This document shows, one piece after another, positions 35,352 to 45,379 of a DNA stretch of 45,379 bases. The stretch lies in contig NW_021834994.1 of NCBI RefSeq assembly GCF_006345805.1, forward strand, positions 1 through 45,379, in the 5' to 3' direction. Position 1 is the stretch's first letter. Each line of letters starts with the position of its first letter. Under the pieces are notes generated by a model. It did no database searches and had not been told where the DNA came from. It saw only the letters and a list, made by a program, of their open reading frames with translations. A program made the position numbers and the translations under genes. The DNA is from Octopus sinensis (lineage: Eukaryota).

Positions 35352-35492
35352 GACTTGACCATGACCCTCTGCCGGAGCCGCGTGGAGCTTAGGTGTTTCG
35401 TTCATAAACACCCACATTGTCCAGCCTCAGATTAGAACCCGCGATTCCTCGACCGCGAGTTCGCTGCTCTAACTACTAGGACATGTGCCTCC
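35352..35492 (-). mobile_element. tRNA-derived SINE family C fragment
   Basis: Minus strand ggaggcacatgtcctagtagttagagcagcgaactcgcggtcgaggaatcgcgggttctaatc: tRNA-like A and B boxes. Confidence 0.7.
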
Positions 35493-35499
35493 ACTATTC

Positions 35500-36180
35500 C
35501 GCTGATGTGCGTTATGTCACAGATGAAGATGAAGCTAATGATGATGAAACTGGTGAAGTTTTGATCAATGATGTTCCAGGACCACTCGAATTGCATCTCA
35601 CAAAAGAATTGAAAATGAAAAATTGAGGGAGATTAGTCTTTCTCAAGAAAAGGCTTATAAAAAGGCTATAAAAAGGCTATAAAAAGGGGAAATTGTGAAG
35701 TTCAGAACGGGTCTGGAGAAAAAAAGCATCCTGAGTATACGAATTATTCTAACAGAATTGATACGTATGATAAGAGCTTCAGAAAAATGAGAGACGCTTT
35801 GCAATATTATGGTCCACTTGAAATATTTGAAACAATAATCACTCCAGAAATATATGACTACATCATAAAGGAAAGTGTGTGGTATTCTGCAACAAGTCAA
35901 AATAATATTGACACACTATCAGTAGACGAACTCAAGGCATTTATTGGCATTCTCATGTTGTCCAGTTACCACAAGTTGCAATCCACTAGACAATACTGGT
36001 CTCTGATAAGAAAAAACCTATGATAAGGAATCGTTTTCAGAATCTGAAAAGCATAAGTCATTTCCGAAATAATGAGAACTGGGAGGAAAATAAAACTGAT
36101 AAAGGTTTCAAAGTTCACTCTCTAATTCAAATGATCCAAAACGCCTTTAAAAAATATAAGAGTTTTTAAAAAGATCTCTG
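35500..36180 (+). pseudogene. piggyBac transposase N-terminal remnant
   Basis: VTDEDEANDDE...NDVPG; GPLEIFETIITPEI...ELKAFIGILMLSSYHKL...YWS; MIRNRFQNLKSISHFRNN...KVHSLIQ. Confidence 0.82.
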
Positions 36181-38668
36181 CCATCACCTTTATGACACTG
36201 ATCTCTGCTTACGCACCTACACCTGATGACAATGACAATGTGAAAACACCTGCTACCAACAGCTGAGTGACCTGATCTTTAATGTACCACCAAATGACAA
36301 GCTCCTCCTCCTCGGGGACTTCAATGCAAGTGTGGGAAGAGACAGCAGACCATGGGAGAATGTTATTAACAAAGAAGGAGTCGAAAACCGTAACGAAAAT
36401 GGACTCTTGCTCCTTGGGATGTGCGCTAAACACTCTTCATTACGAACACCCAATTTCGACTCCCAAATATTTTTCAAGACCATCTGGAAGCACCCCAGGT
36501 CGAAACATTGGCGGCTCCTGGACTACTCTATCATCCGGCAAGGAGACAAAAAGAACGTCCTCATCACGCGAACGGCAAACAGCGCGCTGACGTTTGCTGG
36601 GCAAGCATCGTCCAGTCATCATCCGCCTTCGAATAATGGTTAACAACATACCAAAGACTGGAGGAACAGAACCAGTTAGAAAAAAAACAACTTTTAATAT
36701 ATCGAAGCTTAACAACCCAGAGATCAGCTCCCTTTATGCATCTTCCATTCTCAAACACCTTCAATCCATCCCATCTGACAACCAGGACACGGATAAGGAA
36801 TGGAGCATATTTCGGAAAACTATCACTAAAGTGGCTGAAAACACCCTCGGGTACAGAAAAAGGAGACATCAGGACTGGTTTGATGACAATGATCAAGAAA
36901 CCAGCCAGGTGATTGATGCAAAACGACATGCCAGCCTCTCTCATGAGCGAGGTCCAAGTTCGCGGTACAAGAAGATGAGATATTAAGACCGCAAAAGACA
37001 ATGGCAAACAAAATTGAGAGAGATTCAGAACAACTGGTGGCAACAAAAAGCCGTCGAACTCCAAGGCTATGCTGACACTCGTGATCTCAGACGCTTCTAC
37101 AGAGGAATGAAGGATCTTTCTGAGCCTGTGAGATCATCAACAGTGTCTCTTCAATCAGCAGACTCCAATACCATCCTGACTGACACACAAGATATCCATC
37201 AACGCTGGAGAGAGCACTTCTCGAGTCTTCTGAACCAAGACGCCAACGTAGCAGAAGATTTCTTGAAGAACGTACCCATGCACCCAACTCGACACTTGAT
37301 GAACTCGTCACTATCCAAAGAAGAGTACCAGATTAATCTCAACCGCATGAAGCAGCGGAGGTCTCCTGGCCCAGACAACATCCCAGTGGAAATTCTAAAA
37401 CATGGTGGACTTCTATTAAACACCAGTCTGTTCACATTGATTCTCCGAATGTGGAAGAACCACCTTGTTCCCTAAGACCTCAAAGATGCTCTTAACATCA
37501 CTATTTTCAAAAAAGGAAATGGAAATATTTGAGGGAACTATCGTAGGATCTCACTGCTCTCCACTGCAGAGAAAATGTTTGCAAGGCTCCTTCTGGATCG
37601 TCTCCAAGTCATCGCAGAGGAAGTCATACTCGAATCACTATCTGAATTTCGACTATCTAGAGGGATAACTGACATGATCTTTCGTGTCCGGCAAATACAA
37701 GAAAAGAGTAGAGAACAATAAAAACCTTTCTATTTTCTTTTCTACGATCTCGAAAAGGCTTTTGATACCGTCCCAGGGCCTGCAATGTGGAAGGTCCTCT
37801 TACACTTCAGCTGCTCCGATCAGTTCATTTCCCTAATACGGGGATTACATGACGGTGTGACTGGAATCTTCTTCCATCAAAACTAACAGTATGGAGACTT
37901 CCCGATCACTGGAGGATTAAAACAAGGATGCGTTTTGGCTCCTGTTCTCTCCTCCCTGTACCTTGCAACAATGTTTCATGAACAGCCTTCGGACAATCTA
38001 GGAGTAAACATCAGGTACCGAAGGATATTTCAATCTTGCCAGATTGAAGTCACGAAGACAGACCAGGAAGCAAAAGATCACTGAACTTCAGTATGTTGAT
38101 GACAACGCAGTGGTCTGCCACTCCAGTGAACAGTTTCAACAATCGGTGAATAACTACACCAATACTTACACTCGGTTTGGTCTAACAGTCAGCAACAAAA
38201 GGTAAAAAATCCAGACACAACCCGTTCTAAGTCAGGAAACGCCAGACCTCAAAATTACCATCTCGGAGACGCCACTGGAGAAAGTCAACCACTTTTCATA
38301 CTTAGGAAGTTTGCTTTCGAATAAATGCACATCGAAAAAGGACGTGGAGAACCGATTAAGAGTGGCTCACACCGCGTTTGGCGGACTTGCGAAAAGGGTC
38401 TTTAATGAAAAAGATCTAGACCACAAAATAAAATTGAGTGTCTACCAAGCAGTCGTGATCTCCAATCTCATTTACGGTTGTGAAACCGAGACTCTTTACC
38501 AAAGTGACGTAAAGAACAGGAGCGATTTCCCCCACAGAAGCTCCGATGAATATCAAATAGAATAACTATGTGACCGATGTCTCCATTTTGGAGAGAATGA
38601 AACGCAGCAGCGTCGAGGCGACCGTCCTGAAATATTGTCTGTGATGGGCGGGCCATGTAGCAAGAATG
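36181..38668 (+). mobile_element. RTE-clade LINE (APE endonuclease plus RT), decayed, 5' truncated
   Basis: TLISAYAPT, LLLGDFNASVG, WKHPRSKHWRLLDY, SPGPDNIPVEILKHGG, YRRISLL, DLEKAFD, GLKQGCVLAP, LQYVDD, FSYLGS, terminal GHVARM; many stops and frameshifts. Confidence 0.93.
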
Positions 38669-39667
38669 TTGCTTTGTTAATTATGATGAAATAATCTTTA
38701 ATATTCAACTTTTATTCTTAGCTGCAATATTTTAAGTGAAAATTTTCTTGTTCTGTACTTTACCAGATGTAATAACTTGTCCTGAACTTTTCCAAGTGTA
38801 ATGACTCGTCCTGTAATTTTCCAGGTTTATAATCTTAAGAATATTATTTCTCTTGCTTGCATTTTTCCATGTTTTTTCCAGGCTATGCTTTTATGCTAAT
38901 TAATAATGTGTCAAATGTGTCAATTAACGGTGTCGTTGATAATTTTTCCTTACCTCAATGACACCGGTGACATATATTAAATGTCCCCTTATAGAACTAT
39001 ATTCATTAAAAAAATATAGACCTATATTATCACTCTCAAATTTGAGAAGCAAAAACCCATAACTTTTTTTCTTTTAAAACTTCATTGTATGAGATTGATA
39101 CCTTAAAATTCCTGGAATTGTGCTCTATCATTTAAGCTTAATTAAAATGTAGTTAGTTTTAAAAGAAAAAAGTTAATTATACTTAAATCTAATTTTTTGC
39201 CTTATTTTTTATGATATTTTACCTCACAACTTTTTTATACAATTTTTATTGCATAGGAACAAAACTATGAATTCTTCATGTTTTCTTCTATCATTGAAGC
39301 TAAAATAAATATATTTTGTTTTAAAATAAAAAATATTTAGATATACCATGATTGGTCACGGTACTTACTCTCCTATAACGTTGCTGCAAATTTTGAGGTA
39401 AACTTTTTTCGAATGGATTAAATCTTAATTTTTTTACGCCAAAATGTAGCTAGGGACCAGTCCTCTTCAAAAATGTTAGCAGTTTTCAATTTGGCTAATA
39501 ACTGGATTAGTGACAGGCTCTGAGTGTAAGTAAATTATGGCCTTAAAAATATTATTCAACTACGACTGTAGTTGAATGATATAATGGGATAGTCATTATC
39601 CAGAACTCACTATTTTCTGTTGGAGCTTGAATTTTTCAAAGATATTGCTAGTCATTATAGCAATATA

Positions 39668-40056
39668 GGCGTAGGAGTGGCTGTGTGTTAAGTAGCTTGC
39701 ATATGAACCACATGGTTTCGGGTTCAGTCCCACTGCGTGGCACCTTGGGCAAGTGTATTCTGCTATAGCCTCGGGCCGACCAAAGCCTTGTGAGTGGATT
39801 TGGTAGACGGAAACTGAAAGAATCCCGTCGTATATATGCATATATATGTGTGTGTGTGTGTGTGTATGTTTGTGTGTCTGTGTTTGTCACCCCAACATCG
39901 CTTGATAACCGATGTTGGTGTGTTTACATCCCCGTAACTTAGCGGCTCGGCAAAAGACCTATAGAATAAGCCCTGGGGTCGATTTGCTCCACAAAAGGCG
40001 GTGCTCCAGCATGGCCACAGTCACATGATGACTGAAACAAGTGAAAGAGTAAAAGG
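39668..40056 (+). mobile_element. SINE family B copy
   Basis: Full head ggcgtaggagtggctgtgtg, core and tail. Confidence 0.9.
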
Positions 40057-40429
40057 GAGTCAAATTATTTACAGTATATGATATGATGGATAATTTGTTT
40101 TCGATTCCGAAAAGAAGAAAATCTAAAGTTTGACATCAGTGTTATTTGAACTCGAAAAGTAAGAGGCCATAAGTAGATATATTTAATCCATTACCATGTT
40201 AATCCTGACGACACGCCGACTTGGCATTAATAAAGATATTGTTTGACGTATAAACCGAATAATCTAAAGGGGAGATGATTCCACGAATCGATGACGATTA
40301 ACCACTGGAACTAACCACATTCACTTCCTGCAAATCTCAGTCTAAGATGCAAACCTTTCTCCTGCATACTAACAACCCTGTGAAACAAGTACATTCGTAC
40401 GCGCACACATATATATATATACACACAAT

Positions 40430-40464
40430 ATGTATGTATGTATGTATGTATGTATATATGTATG

Positions 40465-40514
<50 letters not shown>

Positions 40515-40529
40515 CTATCTATCTATCTT

Positions 40530-40608
<79 letters not shown>

Positions 40609-40620
40609 ACCTATCTATAC
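40430..40620. repeat. (ATGT)n then (CTAT)n microsatellite
   Basis: Direct reading. Confidence 0.97.
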
Positions 40621-41844
40621 ACACAGTAGCTGAGTATCCCGTCGTTGCCAGGTAATTTTCACAATAGAATGCCTTGGTAGACTTTCAGAATAGCACACAC
40701 ACGTAAGTTGAATTTTCTCCGTTTGACGGGGATTTCTCAGGGTTTTTTTTTACTACACCCTTGTAAATGATAAAGGAAATCTTTTTATGATTAGAAATTT
40801 TTGAAACTTTCTGAATCCCACGTCTCTTCCTTCCGGACCAACTTTATTTTTTTGGTTTTTTTTTTGCTCTTCACACTTAAAAAAGAAAAAAAAAAAAAAA
40901 AAAAACAATTGGAGACGCCTTTTAAGTAAAAATTAAAAAAATTCTCAAAATTTTGAAAATCTCTGAAGTTTTCAAACATCCCTCCCCAACACAGTACGAT
41001 TTTGGATAACCTTTCGCTTTTCTTACACTGCACACTTAAAAACGATGAGAGAAGCCTTGAAGTTGTTTTTAGAAAGAGAAAGAAAAAGGCGCACGCCAAT
41101 ACAATCCTCATTTCCTCTATTTTGAAAGAGAAAATGAACATATTTAAAAGCAATAGTGAAATTTTTTAAAGTTTTCATTAACGCCACCCCTTCATAAATC
41201 CTAAAATTTCAGTTTTTTTCCCATTTTTGTAAAATCACAGTTTTAAAATATGGATAGATCAAATGTGCAATTTGTTTCTCATTATAATTTCAAAATAACT
41301 TTCAAGAGAATAGGTGTGTGTTTTAAGGGAGATTTAACTATTATTTCTAGCTCATCCCACGACCATCTGCTACCATACTCGTTTCTTTGTCACTGTGCCG
41401 TGTATTGAAGTTTTTCAATATGTTTTCTTCCTATGAACACATTTTCTAGAATGATGATGCGATGGTCCATTGATGGTATTTAAGCAAGTAAAACAAAATG
41501 TAATTTAAATTTTTAATCCCTTACCACGTATCAAGCGAATCTCTGTGTGTATGTGTATGTAAGAAAAACATTTACTAACAGAAAAGTATAATATTAAGAC
41601 AAATCATCTTTTACATATTGTTTTTAGTCACCTTAATGAAATTCTTTACACACTTGCATTGACAAACGCCCCAATACATACTCAGCGCGAGTAATATACT
41701 TTGATTTAGAGAATGAGGTAAATAAATATAGAAAGGAGAAAAGTTAACTATGAGAAAATCAAAACATGAAACAGATAGACAAATAGAGAGATCTTTTCTG
41801 TTGCTGTCACTGATTTTGAAATTTTAAAATTAAATCAAAGTTTA

Positions 41845-42206
41845 GCGGCTGTGTGGTAAGTAGCTTGCTTACCAGCCACATGGTTCCGGGTTCATTCCCA
41901 CTGTGTGGCACCTTGCGCAAGTGTCTTCTACTATAGCCTCGGGACGACCAAAGCCTTGTGAGTGGATTTAGTAGACGGAAACTGAAAGAAGCCCGTCGTA
42001 TATATATGTATATATATATATATATATATTATATAAAAGGGCTTAGTAAAATAAATTACTTTGCCGCATACTATGCGGCAAAGTAATTTATTTTACTAAG
42101 CCCTTTTATATAATGTAATAATTTGAATTCGCCTTGAATGGTCCCTTTGCATACTGAACACTTGGTGAAATTGATTAATAATTAATTAATTTTGCCCTCA
42201 ATGTTG

Positions 42207-42300
<94 letters not shown>

Positions 42301-42506
42301 ATATGTTTGTGTGTCTTTGTTTTCTCCCAACATCGATTGACAACCGATGCTGGTGTGTTTACGTCCCCGTAGCTTAGCGATTCGGCAAAAGAGACCGATA
42401 GAATAAGTACTAGGTTTCTAAAAAATAAGTCCTGGGGTTATTTGCTCGACTAAAATCGGTGCTACAGCATGACCGCAGTCAAATGACTGAAACAAGTAAA
42501 AGAGTA
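41845..42506 (+). mobile_element. SINE family B copy with an insertion in its internal microsatellite
   Basis: Head and core 41845-42000; tail about 42300-42506. Confidence 0.88.
42028..42114. repeat. Perfect palindrome, 43-bp arms, 1-nt spacer
   Basis: 42028-42070 is the exact reverse complement of 42072-42114. Confidence 0.95.
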
Positions 42507-43341
42507 AATTTGGCTTATTGACGTACTTTCTCACACTGAATACGAGTTTATAATTTATTTATTCCTGAAGAATGTTAGAAGATTGTTAGAGTAGTTTAAA
42601 TTTTGGTCATTTTTACCCAATCAGAAAACAGGAGTTTTAGTGACAGCTGTGATAAAATGAAAGCAAAACATTAGAAAACGAAGTTTTAAACAAAATGAAA
42701 GCAATGCGTGACACAACACATATGCACCGAGAAAGGGCTGAGAGAAAGAGAGAGAAATAGAGAGAGATAAAGGAAGATAAAGAGTCTGGTAAATAATATA
42801 GATTGATGATGATAGAAAGAAGGGAGATTTGTAGATGTAAAAGTTGAGTTATTTCTCGTAGGAAATTATGATTGTTATTTACGGACGACATTTTGTTTGG
42901 AACGCAAATTTCGAAACTGAAATTCACTTCTCGCGTGGGCACACCGCTCCGGCCCCTTTCGGGACTAAACATACATACATAACCACATACACTCGCATTT
43001 ATACAGTGTATACGCGCACACACACGCACGCACACACACTCATATGTAATAATATTAATTAATTAAGAGTAGATGGATTTTGTATTAGACTTTTATTAGG
43101 TGCAACATATATTTCGACCCATCAATCTGGGTCTCTTCAAGTACATTGATAAAGATGTCTCACAAGAGATTTTTAGTGTCGGCTAGCTTGTTATATAAGC
43201 ATCAGGAAACGAATAAAAACAAATAATATTTTAAAGACGCAAAAAGTCAGAGGAAGATTAGTACTTAGACAAGTAGTCTTATGTTCGTGCATATATATAC
43301 AGACGGACATACAGGGGTACACAGACACAGATGTATATATA

Positions 43342-43390
<49 letters not shown>

Positions 43391-43604
43391 TATATGTATA
43401 TATATGTATATATATATATATATGTATGTATATGTACACACAAAGACATATATATACATATACATACACACACTCACACGAAGACACACATATGCACACA
43501 CACGCATATATAAACATATATATACAGGGATACTTCAGCTTAAGTCGTTTCGATTTAAGTCATTCACGAAGATATGTCAGTTTTCAAAAATAATATATTT
43601 TATA

Positions 43605-43738
43605 GGCGCAGGGGTGGCTGTGTGGTAAGTAGGTTGCTTACCAGCCACATGGTTCCGGGTTCATTCCCACTGCATGGCCGACAAAAGTCTTGTGAGTGGA
43701 TTTAGTAGACGGAAACTGAAAGAAGACCGTCGTATATA

Positions 43739-43794
<56 letters not shown>

Positions 43795-44098
43795 CACACA
43801 TACGACGGGCTTCTTTCAGTTTCCGTCTAACAAATCCACTCCCAAGGCTTTGGTCGGTTCGAGGCTATAGCCACTCTTGCGCCTATACAATATATTATTT
43901 TTGAAAACTGACGTATCTTCGTGAACAACTTAAATCGAAGCGTCTTAAGCTGAAGTATCCCTGTATATATATATGCGCGCGGGTGTGTGTGTGTGTGTGT
44001 GTATGTGAGTATTCATATGTATCTGTGTGTGTATATGTACGTATACACATATGTATATATATATGTCTTTGTATGTATATACATACATATATATATAC

Positions 44099-44179
<81 letters not shown>

Positions 44180-44375
44180 TTGTCCCCACAACATCGCTTG
44201 ACAATCGATGGTGGTGTGTTACGTCCCCGTAACTTAGCGGTTAGGCAAAAAGAGACCAATAGAATAAGTACTAGGCTTCCAAAGAATAAGTGCTGGCGTC
44301 GATTTACTCGGCTAAAGGCGGTGCTTCAGCATGGCCGCAGTCAAATGACTGAATCAAGTAAAAGAGATAAAAGAG
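43605..44375 (+). mobile_element. SINE family B copy interrupted by an inverted copy of its own 5' half and upstream flank
   Basis: Head 43605-43735 (+); inverted head 43800-43885 (-); tail 44170-44375 (+). Confidence 0.82.
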
Positions 44376-44759
44376 AAATAAAAAAGAGAAAAAAAGTAAA
44401 AATCAAGCCGTTTTACTCGACTTTACGGCGATATGCCAATGATATTGGAATCATGAAACACTTAAAGACATTAAAAGCACCTTAAATCATGTTACATTAC
44501 ATAAGATTAAAAGCGTATACAATCATATTAAAATACAGTAAATGCTAAAATACGCTCTATAAAGAAGAGAAGCGTAGTTCACTAAAGCACGAAATTAGCT
44601 GCGTTGTCTTTCGGGGCTTATATTGCACTGGTAGTTCCAATATTTACCGTTAGGCGTCGTCGTGATTTACCGCGATTGTTTTGAATTCAGATTTGTCTAC
44701 GTTTGTTTATCGTTTAGATTCTCTCATTTACACAGATTTGTAGCTTTAATTCTTACCTC

Positions 44760-45293
44760 CTTGCCTCCTAAGAAAAGTCCAGGTGAAAGTGCTAAGCGTC
44801 ACGCTGCAACGCGATAAGTTGGCGATGATAAAACAGCGATCGCACGATCTGTTGGAGATGCGTCGGACAACTGTATGGACGACTGAGCATTAGGGAAAAG
44901 ATACTAAAAGATGCTGAAGCTCTAGGGATGAAGCTTACTGTCATCAACGATAAAAGAGGCAAAATCTTTGAAGAAATGGGAAGTTTTTTTTATCTATTTG
45001 TATTGATAGGCAGAATCGTCAGAATGCTATTCTTAGTCAAGAAATTGTTCAGGAGAAAGCGTTGTCTTTGTTCGAGGACCTGAATAAAAAAATATCCAGA
45101 TGAGAAAGATGTAGAGTTCAAGGTGAGCCAAGGATGGTTTATGACATTTAAAAACCGGACAACTTATCACTTCCTTAAAAAGCAAGGCAAAAGCGCATCA
45201 GGCGACGAACACGCGGCAGCGGAACTTCCTGCGACATTGAAGAAGATCGTCGAAGAAAACGGGTTTCTTCCCGAGCAAATATTTAACGTAGAT
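44760..45293 (+). pseudogene. Tigger/pogo transposase remnant (HTH-CENPB to first catalytic D)
   Basis: LSQEIVQEKALSLFEDL...EFKVSQGWFMTFKNR...GKSASGDEHAAAELPATLKKIVEENGFLPEQIFNVD. Confidence 0.88.
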
Positions 45294-45379
45294 AACAGAA
45301 TAAATAAATATATGAGACCAAACTTTTTGAAATTGCGATCTGGCAACTTTAACACTGAAAAGAAATTAAAAGGTTTTTT

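Noticed and set aside
39000-41350. AT-rich blocks resembling DNA transposon subterminal regions
   Set aside because: Could not pair TIRs or find TSDs by eye.

Overview
AT-rich, repeat-dominated eukaryotic DNA with no host protein-coding exon I can support. The tRNA-derived SINE families and microsatellite load point to an octopus/coleoid cephalopod genome (inference). The window is a mosaic of Penelope-like retroelement (PLE) fragments, R4/Dong-like LINE 3' ends nested in (AAT)n, a decayed RTE LINE inserted in a piggyBac remnant, Helitrons (one carrying a PIF1 helicase fragment), a Tigger/pogo remnant, a hAT MITE and three SINE families. Most long ORFs in the track are microsatellite artefacts. 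The strongest signal is RNA-level: two unrelated short tandem-repeat families (monomers of 431 nt at 12.7-13.3 kb and about 490 nt at 33.6-34.6 kb). Each carries a complete type I hammerhead ribozyme in every copy and has a self-complementary monomer, the architecture of non-LTR retrozymes that yield circular RNAs. Several minimal or variant PLE-type hammerhead motifs and many long inverted repeats are also present. Motifs were read by eye; family names and novelty need database checks.
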